Notes under the pieces: generated by a model
What the model was told of the DNA's origin: nothing
Seen by the model: the letters and a program-made list of their open reading frames with translations, nothing else
Database searches by the model: none
Position numbers and translations under genes: made by a program
In this document: positions 1 through 6,420 of the stretch, in pieces
Numbering within the stretch: the first letter of the stretch is position 1
Layout: each line of letters opens with the position of its first letter
Assembly: GCF_037889935.1 (NCBI RefSeq)
Contig: NZ_JBBKZU010000016.1
Coordinates: 84,407 to 108,406 of the forward strand
Length of the DNA stretch: 24,000 bases
Origin: Variovorax ureilyticus
GTDB taxonomy: Bacteria; Pseudomonadota; Gammaproteobacteria; Burkholderiales; Burkholderiaceae_C
Direction of reading: 5' to 3'

Positions 1-47
1 CAATACTCCGCCCGAGCCACACGAAGTGGGCGAGCCTGGGGATGGGC
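1..47 (-). repeat. Partial copy (cut by the window edge) of the ~100-nt structured intergenic repeat, in sense orientation relative to apaG
   Basis: The reverse complement of 1-47 reads gcccatccccaggctcgcccacttcgtgtggctcgggcggagtattg. Its core, ccaggctcgcccacttcgtgtggctc, matches the 5' part of the copies at 5819, 15824 and 18823. It begins about 10 nt after the apaG stop codon (56-58, minus strand). The hairpin-1 equivalent is at 16-31. Confidence 0.75.
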
Positions 48-55
48 AAAGTGGT

Positions 56-454
56 CTAGTGGAGCACCCGCGACGAAGGAATGCCTCCGCCCGCATCGGC
101 TTCCAGCACGAACATGGGAATGGGCACGTCGAAGCGCTCCGCCCGTTCCGTCACGATGAAAAAGCTCCCGCGCATCGTACCGGTCGATGCCTGCAGCCGG
201 CAGCCGCTGGTGTAGTGGAAGGTCTCGCCGGGTGCGAGCAGCGGCTGCTGCCCGATCACGCCGAGCCCGGCGACTTCCTGCGTATGGCCGGCCGCATCCT
301 GGATGAACCAGTGGCGTGCAATGACCTGCGCCGCCCGGTCACCGTTGTTGGTGATCGTCACCGCGTAAGCAAAGGTGAACACGCCGTCTTCGGGCGAAGA
401 CTGGTCGGGCAGGAATCGGGGTTCGACCTGCACGGTCATCGGGAAGCTGGACAT
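56..454 (-). CDS. apaG: ApaG (DUF525) protein
   Basis: This is the C-terminal 132 codons of the 56..1213 minus ORF: [38 protein letters not shown]...[21 protein letters not shown]...GTMRGSF...IPMFVL. It is colinear with E. coli ApaG (VFAYTVTIRN, GVVGxQPLIAPGEEYQYTSG, GTMQG). An alternative ATG lies at 463. The upstream part of the ORF is antisense to rpe and is not coding. Confidence 0.9.
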   Translation of the reverse strand: MSSFPMTVQVEPRFLPDQSSPEDGVFTFAYAVTITNNGDRAAQVIARHWFIQDAAGHTQEVAGLGVIGQQPLLAPGETFHYTSGCRLQASTGTMRGSFFIVTERAERFDVPIPMFVLEADAGGGIPSSRVLH

Positions 455-490
455 CCCGGACATCCTACATCGCTGCGACAATTCGCCCCC

Positions 491-1186
491 ATGAGCAGCC
501 CCTTCCGCATCGCCCCTTCCATTCTTTCGGCCGATTTCGCGCGCCTCGGCGCCGAAGTGAGCGACGTCATCGCCGCCGGCGCCGACTGGATCCATTTCGA
601 CGTGATGGACAACCATTACGTGCCGAACCTGACCTTCGGCCCCATGGTCTGCCAGGCGCTCAAGCCGCACGCCAGGACGGCGGACGGCACGGCGGTGCCG
701 ATCGACGTGCACCTGATGATCGAGCCCGTCGATGCGCTCGCCGCAGCCTTTGCGCAGGCCGGCGCCGACTACATCAGCTTCCATCCGGACGCGTCGCCGC
801 ACATGCACCGCAGCATCCAGGCGATCAAGGCTGCCGGCTGCAAGGCGGGGCTGGTGTTCAACCCCGGCGCGGGGCTGGAGGCACTCGACTGGGTGATCGA
901 CGAGATCGACCTGATCCTGATCATGAGCGTCAACCCCGGTTTCGGCGGCCAGAGCTTCATCGACTCCGCGCTGCGCAAGATCGAACTCGCGCGCAAGCGC
1001 ATCGACCAGGCGGGCCGCGACATCCGCCTCGAAGTCGACGGCGGCATCAAGACCGACAACATCGCGCGCGTGGCGAGTGCCGGCGCCGACACCTTCGTGG
1101 CCGGCAGCGCGATCTTCAATGCCAAGGATTACAAGAGCGTGATCACCGCGATGCGTGGTCAGCTCGAGGCCTCGCTCAAGGCTTGA
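491..1186 (+). CDS. rpe: Ribulose-phosphate 3-epimerase
   Basis: An internal ATG at 491 gives a 231-aa protein: [23 protein letters not shown]...[17 protein letters not shown]...IDVHLM...[13 protein letters not shown]...LEVDGGI...VAGSAIF. Similarity to E. coli Rpe is nearly end to end. The 26-490 extension in the ORF track overlaps apaG antisense. Confidence 0.95.
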   Translation: MSSPFRIAPSILSADFARLGAEVSDVIAAGADWIHFDVMDNHYVPNLTFGPMVCQALKPHARTADGTAVPIDVHLMIEPVDALAAAFAQAGADYISFHPDASPHMHRSIQAIKAAGCKAGLVFNPGAGLEALDWVIDEIDLILIMSVNPGFGGQSFIDSALRKIELARKRIDQAGRDIRLEVDGGIKTDNIARVASAGADTFVAGSAIFNAKDYKSVITAMRGQLEASLKA

Positions 1187-1322
1187 GCTTCCCCTTGTCG
1201 ACCTCGTCGGCATCCTTGCGGGTGGTGATGCGGTTGCTTCTTGTCCATTGCGGCGTTTGTCTCACGCCATGGCGGGAAACACGGTAGGAGCTGCCTTCGC
1301 CGCCCTGTAGGATGGCCGGCTC

Positions 1323-2321
1323 ATGACCGTTTCGACCGCCGCACTGACCGCCAGCGACACGCTCCGCATCCACGCGTACGCCGCGATCGAGCCCGGGCCG
1401 AAGTTCATCGTGCTCGGCGGCGTGCATGGCGACGAAACCTGCGGCACCGCGGGCATCGAGCGCGCCGTGGCCGAACTCGATGACGGCAGGCTGCGGCTGC
1501 TGCGCGGTCAGCTCACGATGGTGCCGGTCGCGAATCCTCTCGCCCGGCGGCGTGGACGCCGCGAAGGAGAGCGCAACCTCAATCGCCTCTTCGAACCTTC
1601 GGCGCCGGGCATGGAGCCGGCCGATTACGAAGCGCGCATCACCAACCTGCTGTGTCCGCTGCTCGACCGGCACGAGGTGCTTCTCGACCTGCACTCGTTC
1701 CAGAGCGCGGGCGAGGCTTTCGCGATGATCGGACCGCGCGACAACACCGGCACGCTCGAACCCTTCGCGCGCGCCTTCGAGGAGGGCCAGCTCGCTCTGC
1801 ACCTGCGCACGCCGCGCGTCGTCGAAGGCTGGCTCGACATCTATGCCGCCGGTGTCGCGCAGCGCGCGGGCGGCAAGCCGGTCGATCCGGTGCAAGTGGC
1901 TTTCGGGAAGGGCACCAACGAATACATGCGAAGCCGCGGCGGCTACGGTGTCACGCTCGAATGCGGGCAGCACGAGGACCCCGCGGCGCCCGGCGTGGCC
2001 TATGAGGCGATTCTTTCGGCGCTGCGCCTGCTCGGCATGATCGCGCCGGAACCGGGTGCGTTGCCGCCGCCGAAGCCTTCGCTGCTGCGGCTGGTCAGCG
2101 TGGTCGACCGCTTCCACGAAGAAGACCAGTTCGTGCGCGAGTGGGCCACCTTCGACCCGGTCTCGCGCGGCGACCCGATCGCGGTGCGCGAGGACGGCAG
2201 CGTGCTGCACTCGGAACGCGACGGGTTCATCGTGTTCCCGAATGCGGAAGCGTTGCCGGGGACGGAGTGGTTCTACTTTGCGGTGAACAGTGATCGGGAT
2301 CTGACGCAGCAGCCCCGATAG
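1323..2321 (+). CDS. Succinylglutamate desuccinylase/aspartoacylase (AstE/AspA, M14-like) family zinc hydrolase
   Basis: 332 aa. It has the N-terminal zinc-ligand motif GGVHGDETCG, followed by LLDLHS and a later LECGQHED segment, all typical of the AstE/AspA deacylase family. The substrate cannot be read from the sequence. Confidence 0.7.
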   Translation: MTVSTAALTASDTLRIHAYAAIEPGPKFIVLGGVHGDETCGTAGIERAVAELDDGRLRLLRGQLTMVPVANPLARRRGRREGERNLNRLFEPSAPGMEPADYEARITNLLCPLLDRHEVLLDLHSFQSAGEAFAMIGPRDNTGTLEPFARAFEEGQLALHLRTPRVVEGWLDIYAAGVAQRAGGKPVDPVQVAFGKGTNEYMRSRGGYGVTLECGQHEDPAAPGVAYEAILSALRLLGMIAPEPGALPPPKPSLLRLVSVVDRFHEEDQFVREWATFDPVSRGDPIAVREDGSVLHSERDGFIVFPNAEALPGTEWFYFAVNSDRDLTQQPR

Positions 2322-2345
2322 TCGCGATAGTCCCGCACGTCGCCT

Positions 2346-4133
2346 TCACTGGACCGAAATGGCCTTGTGCGCCGGCGTGGCGTCGAAGAGGAGCGTCGAC
2401 GGCCAGGGCTGCCAGGTCACGCCGAGTGCCGCCGGTGCATTGGGGTCGCCTCGCCGCGCAAAGGCGCCGAGGCTCTTCATCATCGCGTCGGACAGGTCCA
2501 GGCGGCCCGGCTTGTTGGCCGTCGAATTCGCGATGTTCGAGAACAGCGAAGGCCCGAAGTTGCCGAAGATGAAGGCGAGGTCGAACGCATGTGCTGCGCC
2601 GTAGATGTCGTTCCAGGGCGCCGGTTCCTCGTCCCAGTCGAAGCGGTAGTACCAGACCTCGTTCTGCTGCGCCTTGAGCGCGTTGAGGACGTTGTCGCGG
2701 CTCGCGATGAAGAAGATCTGGTTGAGCAGGTCCGTCTTCGCGTTGAAGCCGGTGACCGGCGTGGTCACCGGAAGATAGACCGAGGGAATCCACTGCCCGA
2801 TCGTGATCGTCGGCGGCGCGTCGGGGTTGTAGCCGAACTGCGTCGAGAAGAGCACGGCATCGCTCACCAGCCGGCCGCTCACGCCGCCGAGTGCAGGTGA
2901 CAGCGCGAGGAAGGAGGGGAACAGCTTGGCCTCGTCGCGGGTGTTCCCTGCCAGCACGGGCACCCGCAGGTAGTTGCCGGCCTGGATGGCGGCGATCGGG
3001 TCGACCGGCAGCACGATGCCGTCGGGAATCGGGCCGGAGCCCGCCAGCCCGAGCGGCGCGAGTCGGGTCAGCAGCGTGCTGAACAGCGCGGCCGGACTCT
3101 TCGAGCGCAGATAGGCCGCGATCTGCGCGGGCGTCTGGCTTGCCGCGTAGGCGGCGGCGGATGCGGCATCGCTGGCCAGGCCATCCGCGATGATCTGTTG
3201 GGTGAGCAACGCGCTGCCCTGTGCGGCGTAGGTCGATTTCGGGTTGAGCGTCGGGATGCGCCCCGGCGGCAGATTGGACGCCAGCGAGATACCGCCACTG
3301 AGTGGCACCAGCCGGTGAAAGAGCGGCTGACGCGCGTTGGTCACCAGCGGCGAGGTCTGCAGTGCATAGACATTGATGGCGCCAGCCGATTGGCCCATCA
3401 AGGTGACGTTGCGCGGGTCGCCCCCGAACGCATCGATGTTGCCGCGCACGAATTCGAGCGCCTTCACGATGTCGAGCAGCGCAAAGTTGCCCGAGTCGCC
3501 CACGCCGCCGGTGCCCGCCTTGAGCTGCGGCAGATCGAGGAAGCCGAAGATGCCGAGCCGGTAGTTCACCGTCACGACGACGGCGTTCGCGGCCCTGGCG
3601 AGCGCCGCGCCGTCGTAGACCGGGTCCGCGGTGTAGCCCGACACATCGCTGCCGCCGTGGACGAAGACGATCACCGGAAGGTCTTCGCCCTTGTCGTTGC
3701 CCTGGCCCGGGTTGTCGTCCCCGTTGCCGCCCTTGCGCTCGGTCTTCGCCGGACGCCAGATGTTCAGGTACAGGCAGTCCTCGCTGCCGACCGCCTGGTT
3801 CAGCGTGGTGCCGATCGTCGCGTCGTAGCGGTTGTTGGCGCCGGGGCCGTAGATGCGCCCATATTGGGCGCACGCATTGGCGAACTGCTGGGTGGCCAAG
3901 GGCCGATGCCAGGCTTCCGGATCGACCGGCGCTTTCCAGCGCAGGTCACCGACGGGTGGCTTCGCGAAGGGCACGCCCTTCCACGCCAGCGTCCCCGTGC
4001 GATCCGAGTCGTCGATGCCGACGACTTTCCCGAACTGCGTGTCGCGCATGACGTCCGCGCGTCCGAGCGCCCAGCAGGGCGTCTGAGAAAGAAGCGCAAC
4101 ACACCCCGCCACCAAGCCGGCCTTGAGCATCAT
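2346..4133 (-). CDS. Secreted type-B carboxylesterase/lipase family protein (PnbA-like)
   Basis: Hallmarks are EDCLYLNIWRP, VFVHGGS and the nucleophile elbow FGGDPRNVTLMGQSAGA. The preferred start is the ATG at 4133 (MMLKAGLVAGCVALLSQTPCWALG..., a hydrophobic signal peptide), preceded by GGAGGGGA. The 4160 start in the ORF track is a TTG with no better support. Confidence 0.85.
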   Translation of the reverse strand: MMLKAGLVAGCVALLSQTPCWALGRADVMRDTQFGKVVGIDDSDRTGTLAWKGVPFAKPPVGDLRWKAPVDPEAWHRPLATQQFANACAQYGRIYGPGANNRYDATIGTTLNQAVGSEDCLYLNIWRPAKTERKGGNGDDNPGQGNDKGEDLPVIVFVHGGSDVSGYTADPVYDGAALARAANAVVVTVNYRLGIFGFLDLPQLKAGTGGVGDSGNFALLDIVKALEFVRGNIDAFGGDPRNVTLMGQSAGAINVYALQTSPLVTNARQPLFHRLVPLSGGISLASNLPPGRIPTLNPKSTYAAQGSALLTQQIIADGLASDAASAAAYAASQTPAQIAAYLRSKSPAALFSTLLTRLAPLGLAGSGPIPDGIVLPVDPIAAIQAGNYLRVPVLAGNTRDEAKLFPSFLALSPALGGVSGRLVSDAVLFSTQFGYNPDAPPTITIGQWIPSVYLPVTTPVTGFNAKTDLLNQIFFIASRDNVLNALKAQQNEVWYYRFDWDEEPAPWNDIYGAAHAFDLAFIFGNFGPSLFSNIANSTANKPGRLDLSDAMMKSLGAFARRGDPNAPAALGVTWQPWPSTLLFDATPAHKAISVQ

Positions 4134-4225
4134 GGTCTTGTCCCCTCCAGAAGGGCGCAACGGTAAGGGCTGGCGGTTGGCAGCGCCTACCCGGGCAAAC
4201 CCGATTTGCGCCGAACGGCGGGGGC

Positions 4226-4828
4226 TCAGCCGCGCTTGGTCGCGATCAGCGGCTTCACGTCCGGCGCCTGCACGCGCGGCCGGTTAGCCTCGACCGCGGG
4301 GAGTGCCGTGACCTCCTTCATGCTCGCGAGGCTGCGCTTCGTGAGGTCTTGATAGGTCTTCGTGCCTTCGAGCTTCCACGCGACTTCCTGGTCCGTCAGT
4401 TCGCGGATCACCTTCGCTGGGATGCCTGCGGCGAGCGATCTCGGCGGGATCTTCTTGCCGGCCGGAACGAAGGCGCAGGCCGCGAGGATGGTCGCTTCGC
4501 CGACCTCGGCTTCGTCCATGACGACCGCGTTCATGCCCACCAGCGCATCGCGCCGCACGATGCAGCTGTGCAGCACGGCGCCATGGCCGATGTGGCCGTT
4601 TTCTTCCACCACGGTGTCCTGCTGCGGAAAGCCGTGGATCACGCAGGTGTCCTGCAGGTTGGAGCCGCGCTTGAGCTCGATGCGGCCGAAGTCGCCGCGC
4701 AGCACGGCGCAGGGGCCGACATAGCAGTCGGGCCCGACGATCACGTCGCCGATCAGCACGGCGGTGGGGTGCACGTAGGCGCTCGGGTCGATGACCGGCA
4801 CCACGCCTTCGATGGAATAGCAGGGCAA
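4226..4828 (-). CDS. paaY: Phenylacetic acid degradation protein PaaY (left-handed beta-helix / gamma-carbonic-anhydrase-like acyl-CoA thioesterase)
   Basis: 200 aa with hexapeptide-repeat architecture: MPCYSIEGVVPVIDPSAYVHPTAVLIGDVIVGPDCYVGPCAVLRGDFGRI...GSNLQD.CVIHGFP...GHGAVLH. It has a TTG start with a GGAGA box 5 nt upstream and lies in the paa cluster. Confidence 0.85.
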   Translation of the reverse strand: MPCYSIEGVVPVIDPSAYVHPTAVLIGDVIVGPDCYVGPCAVLRGDFGRIELKRGSNLQDTCVIHGFPQQDTVVEENGHIGHGAVLHSCIVRRDALVGMNAVVMDEAEVGEATILAACAFVPAGKKIPPRSLAAGIPAKVIRELTDQEVAWKLEGTKTYQDLTKRSLASMKEVTALPAVEANRPRVQAPDVKPLIATKRG

Positions 4829-4918
4829 GGCTGTCTCCTTTTCCCGGTGGGATTCCGGGTGGTTTCTGGGCTAGGGGTAAACCCTCTGCAAGTTTGACTT
4901 GCGTCAGGATTGATGACG

Positions 4919-4947
4919 ATCTTATGATTCACCGACCGGTCGGTCAA
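4919..4947 (-). promoter_or_regulatory. Putative sigma70-type promoter for paaY(-esterase)
   Basis: On the minus strand: -35 TTGACC (4947-4942), an exact 17-nt spacer, then -10 TAAGAT (4924-4919). The operator core fills the spacer and the -35 box. This is prediction only. Confidence 0.4.
4928..4947. promoter_or_regulatory. Putative PaaR (TetR-type) operator: a 20-bp near-palindrome with a perfect 14-bp core
   Basis: ACCGACCGGTCGGT (4931-4944) is exactly self-complementary. The extended sequence TTCACCGACCGGTCGGTCAA (4928-4947) is palindromic except for one position pair. It is the only such palindrome I found in the window, and it lies in the paaY/paaG divergent intergenic region. A TetR-family gene (14000-14623) sits in the operon. 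Confidence 0.6.
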
Positions 4948-4956
4948 CAATACTTT
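4928..4956 (+). promoter_or_regulatory. Putative sigma70-type promoter for the paaG operon
   Basis: On the plus strand: -35 TTCACC (4928-4933), a 17-nt spacer, then a weak -10 TACTTT (4951-4956). An alternative is TTGCGT (4899-4904), 18 nt, then TATGAT (4923-4928). Both are predictions, and the -10 boxes are weak. Confidence 0.3.
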
Positions 4957-5015
4957 TGACGCAGATCAACACCCGCCCGGCACCCCGATCCCGTTCCCAC
5001 GTCTGGAGACACAGC

Positions 5016-5816
5016 TTGTCTGATGCACTCGTCCTCGCCTCGCAGGACGGCCCGGTTCTGACGCTCACGCTCAACCGGCCCGCCGCGCTCAACAGCTTCA
5101 ACGGCGCCATGCACGAGCAGCTTCGCGCGGCGCTCGATGCGGCCGCAGCGGATGCCGCCGTGCGCTGCGTGATCCTCACCGGCGCCGGCCGCGGCTTCTG
5201 CGCCGGACAGGACCTGGCCGACCCGATGGTCGCGCCGTCGCCCGCCGGCGAGCCGCCCAAGGACCTGAGCCGCGCGATCGCGCTGCACTACACGCCGCTG
5301 GTCAAGCGCCTCAAGTCGATGCCGGTGCCGGTGATCGCCGCAGTCAACGGCGTGGCGGCCGGCGCGGGTGCGAACCTCGCGCTGAATTGCGATCTCGTGC
5401 TGGCCGCGCAGTCGGCGAGCTTCATCCAGGCGTTCGCGAAGATCGGCCTCGTGCCCGACACCGGCGGCACCTGGCTGCTGCCGCGCATCGTCGGCCGCGC
5501 CCGCGCGCTGGGCTTGGCGATGCTCGGCGACAAGCTCGGCGCGGCGGAAGCCGAACGTGTCGGCCTCATCTGGAAGTGCGTCGAAGACGCCGCGCTCGCC
5601 GACGAAGCCCGCAAGCTCGCCGAGCGCCTCGCCGCCATGCCGGTGAAGGCGCTGGCCGCCACCCGCGCCGCGGTCGATGCCGCGCAGCACTTCACGCTCG
5701 ACCAGGCGCTCGACCACGAAGCTGCGCTGCAAGCCGAACTGGGCCGCGCCCACGATTACCTCGAAGGCGTGGCCGCGTTCGGCGCGAAGCGCGCTCCCCA
5801 GTTCACCGACCGCTGA
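5016..5816 (+). CDS. paaG: 2-(1,2-epoxy-1,2-dihydrophenyl)acetyl-CoA isomerase (crotonase family)
   Basis: LTLTLNRPAALNSFN...LTGAGRGFCAGQDL...VNGVAAGAGANLAL...GGTWLLPRIVGRARA...GVAAFGAKRAPQFT is closely colinear with E. coli PaaG. The start is taken as the TTG at 5016, with GGAGA at 5005-5009. The ORF-track start at 4956 is also a TTG, lacks an RBS, and lies in the promoter region. Confidence 0.88.
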   Translation: MSDALVLASQDGPVLTLTLNRPAALNSFNGAMHEQLRAALDAAAADAAVRCVILTGAGRGFCAGQDLADPMVAPSPAGEPPKDLSRAIALHYTPLVKRLKSMPVPVIAAVNGVAAGAGANLALNCDLVLAAQSASFIQAFAKIGLVPDTGGTWLLPRIVGRARALGLAMLGDKLGAAEAERVGLIWKCVEDAALADEARKLAERLAAMPVKALAATRAAVDAAQHFTLDQALDHEAALQAELGRAHDYLEGVAAFGAKRAPQFTDR

Positions 5817-5818
5817 AA

Positions 5819-5926
5819 TGAAGCTCACCCCCAGCCTCGCCCACTGCGTGTGGCTCGGACACCCCCTCTCCGGGGGCAACCCCGGCGGCCCGGCAAAGCC
5901 GGTTCCGCGGGGTTCCTGGCCTCGGC
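5819..5926 (+). repeat. Structured intergenic repeat, copy A (paaG-paaI spacer)
   Basis: atgaagctcacccccagcctcgcccactgcgtgtggctcggacaccccctctccgggggcaaccccggcggcccggcaaagccggttccgcggggttcctggcctcgg. Hairpin 1 is at 5840-5855, hairpin 2 (C5/G5) at 5863-5877, and the compound hairpin 3 at 5879-5915. It aligns with the copies at 15824 and 18823. Confidence 0.85.
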
Positions 5927-5950
5927 CATGCGGCGCCATCGAAAACTGAT

Positions 5951-6400
5951 ATGTCCACACCTCACTCCGAACGCACCCCGCAGCAGATCGCCGACCTCGT
6001 TCGCGAACGCATGTTCGCCAACGACCGCGCGGCCCGAGGCCTCGGCATGGAAGTCACCGAAACCACGCCCGGCAAGGCGACCGTCACGATGACCGTGCGC
6101 GAGAACATGCTCAACGGCCACGACATCTGCCACGGCGGCCTGATCGCCACGTTGGCCGACACCGCCTTCGCCTACGCCTGCAACTCGTACAACGAACTCA
6201 CCGTGGCCTCGGGCTTCTCGGTGGACCTGATGGCGCCGGGCCGCGAAGGCGACGTGCTCACCGCGCGCGCCTTCGAAGTGTCGAAGGCCGGCCGCACCGG
6301 CGTCTACGACTGCGACATCACCAACCAGCGCAACGAGCGCATCGCGGTCTTCCGCGGTCGCTCCTACACCATCAAAGGCAAGCCGGTCTTCACCGCGTAA
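5951..6400 (+). CDS. paaI: Hydroxyphenylacetyl-CoA thioesterase (hotdog fold)
   Basis: 149 aa with the PaaI-type hotdog motifs ...GLGMEVTE...G.ATVTMTV...MLNGHDICHGGLIATLADTAFAYACNS. It sits between paaG and paaK. Confidence 0.88.
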   Translation: MSTPHSERTPQQIADLVRERMFANDRAARGLGMEVTETTPGKATVTMTVRENMLNGHDICHGGLIATLADTAFAYACNSYNELTVASGFSVDLMAPGREGDVLTARAFEVSKAGRTGVYDCDITNQRNERIAVFRGRSYTIKGKPVFTA

Positions 6401-6420
6401 GCCAGCCCGAGGAGACATCC

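Noticed and set aside
56-1213. The 385-aa minus ORF extending upstream of apaG, and the 26-490 extension of the rpe ORF.
   Set aside because: Only the last 132 codons match ApaG, and the remainder is antisense to rpe. Likewise, only codons from the ATG at 491 onward match Rpe.
1284-1312. A direct repeat, GTAGGA...(17 nt)...GTAGGA, just upstream of the AstE-like gene.
   Set aside because: It is short (6 nt), and the second copy probably just contains the RBS (AGGA). There is not enough evidence for a regulatory site.
4101-4112. A VAGC lipobox-like motif in the esterase signal peptide.
   Set aside because: The Cys is residue 11 from the preferred start, too close to the N-terminus for a normal lipoprotein signal. 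A conventional SPase I site (CWA|LG or ALG|RA) follows a longer hydrophobic core. This remains unresolved without a predictor.
4956-5015. The ORF-track start of paaG at 4956, adding 20 residues (MTQINTRPAPRSRSHVWRHS).
   Set aside because: The codon is a TTG with no RBS, and it lies within the predicted promoter, 12 nt from the operator. The extension has no counterpart in PaaG proteins. The TTG at 5016 has a GGAGA box and gives the family-typical N-terminus.
5819-5949. A mini-ORF starting at the ATG inside repeat copy A (MKLTPSLAHCVWLGHPLSGG..., 43 codons, ending 1 nt before the paaI ATG). A parallel ATG occurs in copy C (MKLTPSLAHFVWL...).
   Set aside because: - An indel shifts the frame between copies A and C after about 14 codons, so the peptides diverge completely while the nucleotides stay conserved.
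- Copy B lacks the ATG.
- The variation between copies preserves base pairing rather than amino acids.

The element is conserved at the nucleotide and structure level, not as a coding sequence.
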